Part shown: one piece after another, positions 52,970 through 64,000 of the stretch
Position numbering within the stretch: the first letter of the stretch is position 1
Layout: every line of letters begins with the position of its first letter
DNA from: Camelus ferus
Taxonomy: Eukaryota
Length of the DNA: 64,000 nucleotides
Direction of reading: 5' to 3'
NCBI RefSeq assembly: GCF_009834535.1
Contig: NC_045697.1
Location: forward strand, 89,530,001-89,594,000
Notes under the pieces: model-generated
Database searches by the model: none
What the model saw: only the letters and a program-made list of their open reading frames with translations
What the model was told of the DNA's origin: nothing
Position numbers and translations under genes: made by a program

Positions 52970-54360
52970 TTAATGATACTGTCAAAAATCTATCAAAACC
53001 CATAGAACTCAATGACATAAAGAGTAAAACTTAACAATGCAAATTTTAAAAAATAATCACGTAGGAGGTCAGAGGATCGTAAAACAGACATATTTACACT
53101 GGGATTGAACAATTTAGTAAATCTATGGCAAATGAAGGGATTCAGATTTCTCACTGTTGGCATGGGAGGCAATATTTAAGCAAAGGGAAGAGGCTGGGAT
53201 GATCCATGTGGTAATGGATTAGAGGTGTAGACATCAGTATGAACTCATGTTCAGCTTAATATAAATATAGCTTGTTACATATAGAAATATTTATAGAGAT
53301 ATGTATATACACGGGTGAGTACACACACATCCATTTCCCTGCTTTGCCAGCTGAGAGACCCAAAAGCAAGAACTCATTAACAGCAGAGACCACACCTACC
53401 TTTTAATACCATTCTCCAATAAAAAGAACCATGACTTCTTGGAGAAATGGTTGATTCTATGACTAGGGCAGGAAATACACAGGATGAGCCTCAAAATTGT
53501 GTACTGCCAGAAAGTAAGGAAGTGTTCGAAGTAAGCAAACTGTACAATCATAGAGGTATGTCAAAGGAAAGCAAGATTCATTAAAAGAGCTTCCAGATGG
53601 CCTAAGATGGAATAATTTGTGCAACAAAATAAGTAAAACATTACTGGATTATAGCTCAAAGTTTAAAATACATACTTAGATTTCAACTGATACAAATGAT
53701 TGAATAAATAAATACATAGGCAACAGACAAATCTCCCACGCCAAAGAATTATAAATAATTTATGAAATTTTATGCTCATGGAGGTGGAGTATAATTGCCC
53801 CTTCTTTAAGCTTGAGCTACACGTAGTGACTGACGCCCAAAGATCACAGTATGGAAAGGGAGGATACAAGAGTAACTATATAATAGTGAAAGCTAACAAC
53901 ACCTCAACCAGCTTGTCAAGATTGGTATCAATATTATAAGCCATATTGATAGTATATACACTTGATATGATATGATTAAAATGGCATGTTAGTTTGTGGT
54001 CTTCCTTCCCCAAACATAACCCAGCGTAATCATGAGGAAAAATAAGACAAATCCTAGTTGAGAGACATTCTATAAAATAACTGACCAGTAGGCCTTCAAA
54101 CTGGTAAGGTCATCAAAAAACAAGAACTAAATGTAGTGTGAATCCTAGACAAAATCTTAGAACAAAAAAGGAATACTAGGCAAAAACTAAGGAAATCTGA
54201 ATAAAGTGTGGACTTTAGTTAATAATACTGAACCAGTACTACTTATTTGATTGTGGCAAATACACCATACTGATATCAGATGTTAAAAATAGGGGAAACT
54301 ATATATGGTGTAAATGGAAACTCTCTGTACTATTTTTGCAATATTTCTAAAATAAAAATT
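52970..54360 (+). mobile_element. L1MD-like long 3' UTR fragment
   Basis: caaaacccatagaact...ccattctccaataaaaagaacca...ggagaaatggttgattcta...ggaaatctgaataaagtgtggactttagttaataat...ggaaactctctgtacta. Confidence 0.8.
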
Positions 54361-54914
54361 TTAGTAATTTAAAATAAAACCTGTAAGAAATATATTCTGA
54401 CAGGCAAATTATTAAAAAAAAAAACTACACACTCAATAGGATATTTAAGTTTTTTTCACTCTTGAAAAAACACTTGGCATTTTTGAGCAGGATTTCTATA
54501 GTATATATTTAGAGGTTGTTTCAGAGGTATTACAATATATGTTAAAAAGTTAGCATGCTTTTTAGGGATAATAAATGTATGGATTTATGTTCAAGTTAAA
54601 TAAAATATACCTTTAATTTCTAAAGAGCTTTGCAATTTACTGTGGGATTTCATATAGTCTCTCACTTCTTGTAAAGAAGGTCAAAAAAATATTGCATTAA
54701 TAAATGTATAATGAGCAAACTAAAGCTCAGATACATTAAATGGCATGTTAGTGCCATAACAGAGTTAGCACATGGCAGAGACAGATCATGGAAATGATCT
54801 CCAGCTCACTGATTTATTTTTCAACTTTGCCCTGAAAAAACATCTAGTCCTTTGTCAAAGACATGTTAGAGTATTGGAATTTACTCCAGCTGCCTTTAAA
54901 GAGAAAAAGGTTAA

Positions 54915-55937
54915 TGCAAATGAAACTGACAAAGGCTTGATCTCCAGAATATATAAGCAGCTCATATGACTTAATAAGAAAAAAACAACAACCCAATCCA
55001 AAAATGGGCAGAAGACCTAAACAAGCAATTCTCCAAGGAAGGCATACAAATGATCAATAGGCACATGAAAAAATGCTCAATATCACTAATTATCAGAGAA
55101 ATGTAAATCAAAACTACAAAGAGGTATCACCTCACACCAGTCAGAACGGCCATCATTCAAAAGTCTACAAATGACAAATGCTGGAGAGGCTGTGGAGAAA
55201 GGGGAACCCTCCTACACTGCTGGTGGGAATGCAGTTTGGTGCAACCACTGTGGAAAACAGTATGGAGATTCCTCAAAAGACTAAGAAATAGACTTACCAT
55301 TTGACCCAGGAATCCTGCTCCTGGGCATATATCCAGAAGGAACTCTGCTTCAGAATGACAACTGCACCCCAATGTTCATAGCAGCACTATTTACAAAAGC
55401 CAAGACACAGAAACAGCCTAAATGTCCATCAACAGATGACTGAATAAAGAAGAGGTAGTATATTTATACAATGGAATACTATTCAGCCATATAAACAGAC
55501 AACATAACGCCATTTGCAGCAACATGCATGTTCCTGGAGATAAGTGAAGTAAGCTAGAAAGAGAAAGAAAAATACCATATGAGATCACTCATATGTGGAA
55601 TCTAAAAAAAAAAAAAAAACAAAAACAAATATAAAACAGAAACAGACTCATAGACATAGAATACAAACTTGTGGTTGCCAAGTGGGGGACGTGGGAAGGG
55701 ACAGACTGGGAGTTCAAAATTTGTAGATACTGACAGGCATATGTAGATTAGATAAACAAGATTATACGGTATAGCACAGGGAAATATATACAAGATCTTG
55801 TGGTAGCTTACAGCGAAAAAAAAATGTGACAATGAATATATATATGTTCATGTATAACTGAAAAATTGTGCTCTACACTGGAATTTAACACAACATTGTA
55901 AAATGACTATAAATCAATAAAAAAAAGCTTAAAGAAA
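54915..55937 (+). mobile_element. Young camelid-type L1 3' end with a 17-bp TSD
   Basis: TSD aaagagaa[a/c]aaggttaa at 54898-54914 and 55938-55954. Well-preserved ORF2 end and 3' UTR. Confidence 0.96.
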
Positions 55938-56677
55938 AAAGAGAACAAGGTTAAATGATGTTCAACTACAATTAAGAATAAAATACAACCACATTTTCTC
56001 TCTGCCTTCTTTCATTGTTAGAGGCTAATTTTATCTTAACTTAAAAAGGAAAAAAATTTTCCCCATATGGTTTTCGTTCCAGGACTGTGGATCATGCTAA
56101 AGCTACAGATGCCCAGCCTAGGAACTGACCTGTCTGTGCACCCCAAGACCTGCATGCAATGAAGAGAAGTCCAGGTATCCCAGTCTTCTCTGTATACTGA
56201 ATACGAAGATTTCAGACCCACTGATGACATCCCTACTTCTCTTTGCTTCTGGTACCCAATACTGGCTTCTAATATTTTGGCTTCTATCTTAGCCTGACAA
56301 AGGGAAGTACTCAGTTTCAATTAAAGCCGAACTTTACAATCCCTTGGAAATGGTGGTATACTTGCCCTTTCTCTCCTCTTTTTACTATTGTTCTGCCCGC
56401 CTGGCATCTATCTATTCTCCTTCTACTAATTCCCTTTGGTGAAGTAACTTCCGCACAATTTTCCTATTGATCAGGAGAGAATGACCAAAGGCTCCAGATG
56501 CAGAGTTTGTCACATGACCCAAATCTAGCTGACCAGCTTCTTTCTTCTCTGTAGCAACAGGAATTATTTCAGGAACTGACATGTAATAAGAATTGATCTG
56601 ATGAAAGGCAATCCTCAAATTTGTAGGAATTAAATGACAAAGAGTTTTTCATACTGCAGTTGCTTCCCCCAACCCCA

Positions 56678-57175
56678 AGTTTTATTGAGCGATAATTAAT
56701 GTACTATAAAATATATTTTGCATTGTAAATGTACAATCCAGTGGTTTCAATAAAACAACTGAATGCAGCAACCATCACTGACATCTGTTAGAACACTTCC
56801 ACCACCCCAAATAGTTACCTTGTACCTGTATGCAGTTAATCCTTTCCTAACTGCAGCCCTAGATAACCACTAATCTGCTTTCCGACTGTAAATTTGCTTT
56901 TTCTGTATATTTCATATTATTGGAATCAAGCAACATGTGGTCTTTTGCATCTGGCTTCTATTACTGATAAAATATTTATTATTTGATTTTTGAGATTCAT
57001 TCACATTGTGGCATTTATCAATAGTTTGTTTCCTTTTATTGATAAGTAGTTCTATTATATTGATATACCACATTTGTTTCTCTGTGCACAATCTGATAGA
57101 CATTTGGAGTATTTCCTGGTTTGGCTACTATGAGTAATGCTGCTATGAACATTTACCTACAAATCTCATGTGGAC

Positions 57176-57209
<34 letters not shown>

Positions 57210-59787
57210 TTTTTAGTTTACTTGGTTAGATTCCTAGGAGTGGAATTACCGGATTGTATAGAAAGCATATTTTAACATTTTAAGAAACTGCTGAACTATT
57301 TTTCTAAAGTGGCTGTGTCATTTAACATTATCCTCAGCAATGTACAAGGTTCCAGTTTTTCCACAGCCTTACCAACACCTGGTACTGTTCATGTTTATTA
57401 TAGGTTTTCTAGTGAGTAGATGAAGTAGTATCTCATTGTGGTATTGACATTTCTCTAATGACTAAGAATTTTGAATAACTTTTCCTATGCTTATTAGCCA
57501 TTTTTATTTCTTCTTTAATAAAATCTATCTTTAAATAACTTGAACATTTTTTAACAGTTTGTCACATTATCACGCCAAGTCTTGTTCATATTTTCTAAAT
57601 TCAAATTCTTTATCAGATGTGTAATTTGCAAGTATTTCCCCCAGTGTATGGCTTGTCTTAATTTTCTTGATGGTATCTTTTGAAATACAGAAGTTTCCAA
57701 TTATGACAAAGTCAATTTATTTTATTTTTTCCCTTAGGAATCTTGTTTTTGGTACCGTATCTAAGAGCCCTTGACTGGCCAAATTTCATGAAAATTTTCT
57801 CCTATGTTTACTCAGCAATAGAAATAAAAGCAAAAATAAACAAATCTGACCTAATTAAACTTATAAGCTTTTGCACAGCAAAGGAAAACATAAGTAAAAC
57901 AAAATGACAACCTATGGAATGGGAGAAAATATTAGCAAATGAGGTGATTGACAAAGATTTAATTTCCAGGATATATAAACAACTCATACAACTTAATAAC
58001 AAAAAACAACCTAATCCAAAAATGGACAGAAGACATAAACAAGCAATTCTCCAATGAAGACATACAAATGGTCAACAGGCACATGAAAAAATGCTCCACA
58101 TTGCTAATTACCAGAGAAATGCAAATCAAAACTACAATGAGGTATCACCTCACACCAGTCAGAATAGCCATCATTCAGAAGTCCACAAATGATAAACACT
58201 GGAGAGGTTGTGGACAAAAGGGAACCCTACTACACTGTTGGTGGGAATGTAGTTTGGTGCAGCCATTATGGCAAACAGTATGGGGATTCCTCAAAAGACT
58301 AAAAATAGACTTACCGTATGTTCCAGCAATCCTACTCCTAGGCATATATTCAGAGGGTTCCTTAATTCAAAATCCCCAATGTTCACAGCAGTACTATTTA
58401 CAATAGCCAAGACATGGAACCAACCTAAATGTCCATCGACAGATGACTGGATAAAGAAGCTGTGGTGTACTTATACAATGGAATACTACTCAGCCATAAA
58501 AATAATAAAATAATGCTATTTACAGGAACAGGGATGGACCTAGAGATTGGCATTCTAAGTGAAGTAAGCCAGAAAGAGAAAGAAAAATACCATGTGATAT
58601 CACTCATGTGGTATCTGAAAAAAACAAAAAAAGGAACACTATGAGCTCATCTTCAAAACAGAAACAGATTCACAGACTTGGTAAACAATCTTATGTCTAC
58701 CGGGGAAGGGGGGGAAGGGATAAATTTGGGAGTTTGAGAGTTATAAATCTTATCTACTATATATAAAAATAGATTTAAGAAAAGTTTCTTTTGTCTAGCA
58801 CCAGGAACTATGTTCAATATCTTGTAATAACCTTTAATACAAAAAATATGAAAATCAATATATGTATGTATATGCATGACTGGATATTGTGCTCTACACC
58901 AGAGATAGACACATTGTAATAGACTGTCCTGCAATAAAAAATTAATTTAAGAAAAAGTCCATAAATGATAAATGCTGGCGAGGGTGTGGAGAAACGCAGA
59001 CTCTCCTATGTTTTAATCTAAATTTGAATTTTTAGCTCTTAATTTAGCTCATGCTATTAGCTATTTTTTCTATATGCTATGGGATAAAGGTCTAGATTAT
59101 TTTTTAATTCGGATATCCAATTTTCCCTGAATCACTTGTTGAAAATAATATTTCCCACTAGCCTTGTCTTGAAGAGTTTTTTTGAAATCAATTAACCATA
59201 AATGTAAAATTTGTTACTGGATTCTCAATTCTGCTTGATTTGTTTCTGTTTCTATTCTATGCCAGTACCACACTGTGTTTATGCCATGGCTTCATACTAA
59301 GTTTTGAAATTGAGGAGTAAGTCAGTTCTCCAACTTTGTTCTTGTTTTAAAAATGTTGTTTTGACTATTCTAGGCCCTTTTAATTTCCATACAAATTTTA
59401 AGACCAGCTGGTAAATTTCTACAAAATAAGCCTGCTACAATTTTGGTAAGAATTTCAGTGAATTAATAGATTGACCTACAGAGACTTGTCATCTCAACTA
59501 TATTATTCAAATATATGAAATTAGACCATATCTCCATTAGATCTTAATTTCTTTCTGAAATATTTCATAGAATGCAGTGTAAAAATCTTTCATTTCCTTT
59601 GTTAAACGTATTTCTAAGTATTTATATCCTTTTTGATACTACTGTGAGTGGAATATTTTTAATTTCATTTTCAGATTATTCCTTGCTAGGATTTAGAAAT
59701 ATGAATGATTTTAAAATATTGATCTTATATGCTGCTAATGAGGTAAACCAGTTTATTATTTTTCAGGTATTTTTGTGTATGTCTAAG

Positions 59788-59821
<34 letters not shown>

Positions 59822-60900
59822 TGTATTCCTTGAATTATCTGCCTATTAGATCATGTAATTTGCATTCCCCCCCCAAAAAAAGACAGATTTACTTTTTTCT
59901 TTCTAATCCAGATGCCTTTAATCTCTTTCTTTCTCTCCTGCCCTACTTCTTACACGTGCATGCAACTTATTGTATTGCTTAGAACTTCTAGCATTATATT
60001 AAATAGAATGGGCACAATGGACATCCTTGTTTCATTCCCTTTCTTAAGAGATAGAGAACTTTTCTTTTTCACCATTAAGTGTGGTTTTAGGTGTGCGTTT
60101 TACATAGTTCCTTCTGGATATAGTTTTTGTTACTAATTCAGTTTTCTTACTGGTTAATTACCTATTCAAATTTTTATATTCTTCTTGAATCAGGTTTGGT
60201 AGTTTTTAATCTTTCTAGAAATGTTCCCACTTTATTAAATTTGCTAATTAGTTGTCCATACAATCCTTTAACTTCTGTAGGGTCAGTAGTGATGTACCCT
60301 CTCTCATTCTTGATTTTTGTAATTTGTATAACACATCTTTCTTTCTTGGTCAGTCAGACTAAAGGTTTGTCAGTTTTGTTCATCTTTACAAAAAGCTCAT
60401 GTTGGTTTTATTTATTTTTTCTATTGTTTCTGTCTTTTCTATTTCAGCAATTACTGCTCTAATTGTTATAATTTTCTTTCTTCTGCTTATTTTGGATTTA
60501 GTTTACTCTTCTTTTTCTCTAATTTCTTAATATGGATGAGATACTTCTAATATTGGCATTTAGAAGTATTAGTTTTCCTCTAAATATTGCTTTAGTTCCA
60601 TAAATTTCGAAATGTGGCGCTTACATTTTTATTCATTCCAAAGTATTGTTCAGTTTCATTTGGAGACATACTCTGTGAATCATGAGTTGTTTAGTATTAT
60701 GCTCTATATTTTCAAATATTTGGGGATTTCCTAGATTTCTTTCTGATGTTCATATATGGGTAAGAGGACATATTTTATGTGCTTGTATAATTAATTTGAC
60801 TATTTCAAAGATACTGAAATGCCTAGTATGTAGTCTATTCTGAAGAATGTCTCGTGTATGGTATATTTAGTTGTTACTAATAGATTATGTTCAACTAATA
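56678..60900 (-). mobile_element. Old L1M (L1MB/ME-like) 3' end + ORF2, interrupted at 57810-59001
   Basis: ttttattgag terminus. Antisense ORF2 text is collinear across the insertion. Contains (TA)n at ~57176-57210 and (TG)n at 59789-59820. Confidence 0.85.
57810..59001 (+). mobile_element. Young composite L1 insertion with a perfect 12-bp TSD
   Basis: TSD tctcctatgttt at 57798-57809 and 59002-59013. ORF 58068-58406 is the ORF2 C-terminus. About 50 bp of extra ORF2 sequence follows the A-tail. Confidence 0.93.
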
Positions 60901-61781
60901 GGTTAAAATCTCTATGGGTGTTAATTGTATGAATCTGTATTATAATAGAATCCTCCTTACTATATAAAAGAATGTAAAACATTATAGTATATGTAAGCCA
61001 CTATAAATAACATGAATTACTTGGTTATTTGTTTTTAACTAATGGTGTAATATCCTTATATTTTGAAAGTATTAATTCTGCCCTTGCCACTGTACAATGA
61101 AAACAGTAGGTGTAAAAATGCCTTGTCTTAATTTAACTGTAACTGTCTTATGTAAGTTTCATGATATTAAAGCAAAACAAGCTATACATTACATTTTCTA
61201 ACACAGTGAGACACTCTAGGCAGCATATGCAATATACGCTTTCTTTAGAGACCTTGTGGGAATATGCGCACACTGTTGTGCATGTGGTGTATTCATTCAC
61301 AGCATATGCCCTTGATTTATTGTTGGCAACTCAGCAAGTAGGTTTATGTTATTTAGGTTCATGAAGCAGAATGGTAAAGGTAATGAAGTAGCTTTAACAG
61401 TTCATGGACCAAATTAGAATGGGTGATTGCTTATCAGGGGTGCCACTGTTGTTGCAAAATTTCTCACAAATGTATCCATATCAGCTATTTAAATCCTTAC
61501 TTAACATTTCTGGAAGCTAATGATTCCTAGAAAGACATTTTCACAGATATACTAGTGCTTAATATGAATGTTTGCAGATTTTGTTAATAATATCATAAGG
61601 TGTTTTAAAAGTTCTTGGGAACTATTGATTCCAGTTACGGAAACACTTTTATGGGGTCAACAATTTTATTTCTGTTGTAAAATAAATAATAATTAAAATA
61701 TTGAGGGAACATTTTGAGTGTTACTGCTTTTGTAATGTGTAAAAGCAAGGTTCTAGCATAAATTACCAGTAAAGCTTACCA

Positions 61782-62150
61782 TTTTTTTTTGTTGTTACAG
61801 ATATTGACTATATTCCCCACAGTGTACATTTAATACTCATGACATTTATTTTGCAACTGGAAGTTTGTACCTCTTAATCTCCCTCACCTACTTCTTTCCT
61901 CCCCAACTGCCCCTCCCTTCTGGTGACCACCTGTTTGTTCTCAGTATGTAAAACTGTTTCTCTTTTACAATGTTTGTTCATTTTTGTTTTTTAGATTCTA
62001 TGTATAAGTGAAATCATATAGTATTTGTCTTTCTCTGTCAGACTTTACTCAGCATAAATAACATGTAGGTCCATCCACATTGTCACAAATGGCAAGATTT
62101 TATTCTTTTTAATGGCAAAATAATATTCCACTGCATATATAGATACCACA
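61782..62150 (-). mobile_element. L1MA9-like 3' fragment
   Basis: actggaagtttgtacctctt...ttagattctatgtataagtgaaatcatatagtatttgtc...tgtcacaaatggcaagattt. Confidence 0.85.
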
Positions 62151-62557
62151 TTTAAAGGTTTTAAAACTTTCCACATTTGTTTAGATGCAATAGGTTTTTG
62201 ATGGGAAAAGCAATATTTGTATAACTTTTTTTTTAGCTTTTACTATATTTGGTCACTTTTCTGGTACAGTTTCTGCTATAAGTACTTTAAACTGTTGGCA
62301 GAAGCTGAGTACAGTAATCTCCTTAGTGTTTTCCACTCCTTGGAAATTAAAACATGGCTTCAGGTATACTATTACTGCTATTTATTTGTACTTGATGACA
62401 TTTTATACACTTGAAATAAGGAATGTCTGAATAAATAACATGATTTTCTCTGGCATTTCTCCACAAATATTCTGACTAACAGAATATTTAAGAAAAATGC
62501 CCAGAGTCATATCCAAGTTTTATATTTTGAAAGAAAAAAAATAAGTATACCACTTAC

Positions 62558-63740
62558 TTTTAAAGCCTTATTGAGATGTAATTCACATGCCATAAAATTC
62601 ACTCATTAAAATGTACAATTCAGTGGTTTTTAGGATTTTCAAAAGTTATGCAAACTCTACTTTCTGTCTCCTAATCTAGACATTTCATATAAATGTAATT
62701 GTACACTATATAGTCCTTTGTGACTGGATTCTTTGACTTAACATGTTTTCAAACTTCATTTGTTTTGGAGAGTATATAAGTACTTCATTTTAATTGGTGA
62801 ATATTTCATTGTATACATATACGACATTTCATTTATATACTCCTCAGCTGATTGACATTTGAATGTCAATAGCTAACTTGGCTATTTTCAGAAATAATGC
62901 TGATATGAACATCTGTGCACAAGTTTCTCTGTGGACATGTCTTTTCAGTTTTCTTGGGTAAACACCTAGAAGTGGACTTGCTGGATCACATGGTGATTCT
63001 ATGTTTAACATTTTGAGGAACTGCCAAACTATCCTCCAAAGTGGCTGCACCATGTTATATTCTCATCTGCCATGTATGACAGCTCCAGTTCCTCCAGTTC
63101 TTACAAACACTTGGTACTATCTGTCTTTTTGTTGTAGCCAACCTAGTAAGTGTGAAATAGTGTTTCATGGTGGGTTTGAGTTGCATTCAAGTGAGTAATG
63201 AACTTGTGCTTCCTTTCAGGTGCTTTTTGGACATTTGTATATATTCTTTGGAGAAATGTCTGTTTCTATTTTATGTACTTTAAAAAACTGGATTATTTGT
63301 CTTATTATTGTATTGTAAGAGTTATTTAAATAATATGGATACAAGTCCCTTATCAAAAATTTTTTCAGCATTCTCTCACATTCTGAATTGTCTTCACTTT
63401 CTTGTCTTTTAAAGCATACATGTTTTTAATTTTGTTGAATTCCAATTCATCTATTTTTATTTCCTTGCTTATGCTTTAGGTGCTATATCTAACAAGGCTT
63501 TGTCTAACGCAAGTTCACAAAGATTTACTCCTATGCTTTCTTTTAACTGTTTCATATTTTCAGTTCTTACATGTTGGTCTAAAATCAGTTTGGAGTTAAA
63601 TTTTTATGTATAGCATAAGCAAGAGTCTCACTTCTTTTGCATGTGGATGTCCAGTTTTCCTAGAATCATTTGTTGAAAAGACCTATTATTCTTCTCTCAT
63701 TGAATTTTTTTGGCTTACTTGAAAGTCAATTGACTATCCT
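62558..63740 (-). mobile_element. L1MB-like 3' fragment
   Basis: ttattgagatgtaattcacatgccataaaattcac. ORF 62844-63053 (VQPLWRIVWQFLKMLNIESPCDPASPLLGVYP). Confidence 0.88.
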
Positions 63741-64000
63741 TTACTTTGTTTATAATCTCAAGTAGTAACTCTTCAACTGGACCTTATTTTTCTAATCTTA
63801 ATTAAATGTACTGTTAATATTTGTCAAATGACTCTAGTATATAACATTTGATTTCTTGATTAATTTATTATCTTTTCCCTTATATACTATTTTACTTCTT
63901 GATTTAGTATCATAATGATTGCGTAGGTCAATTTTGTTCTGAATTTTAAGTGGTAGACTATGAGGTTATCATCTTCCTTGATAAATCAATCATCAAATCA

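Overview
AT-rich, repeat-dense mammalian intronic or intergenic DNA, roughly half LINE-1 by eye. The young L1 3' UTRs resemble camelid L1s as I recall them, and I saw no ruminant, pig, primate or carnivore SINEs, so a camelid host is likely (inference). No protein-coding gene can be identified with confidence. The protein-like ORF-track hits are decayed L1 ORF2 or MaLR pieces, and the rest look like chance frames. One 37-nt candidate exon with strong splice signals lies at 42710-42746. The window holds old L1M, L2, CR1/L3, MIR, Tigger/Charlie, MaLR and ERV-L remnants plus many younger L1 3' ends, several with clear target-site duplications (TSDs). The most unusual item is an ~800-bp, LTR-less, poly(A)-less ERV-L-like pol (reverse transcriptase) fragment at 20326-21128. 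It sits inside an old L1, is flanked by a 9-bp near-duplication and has a fold-back at one junction. Also notable are an L1 with an intact 5' end but no endonuclease or early RT (22330-26634), a triple-arm inverted repeat at an L1 terminus (40992-41077), and two non-canonical L1 insertions. I found no convincing new functional biological system. Family names come from recalled consensus sequences and need RepeatMasker/Dfam confirmation.
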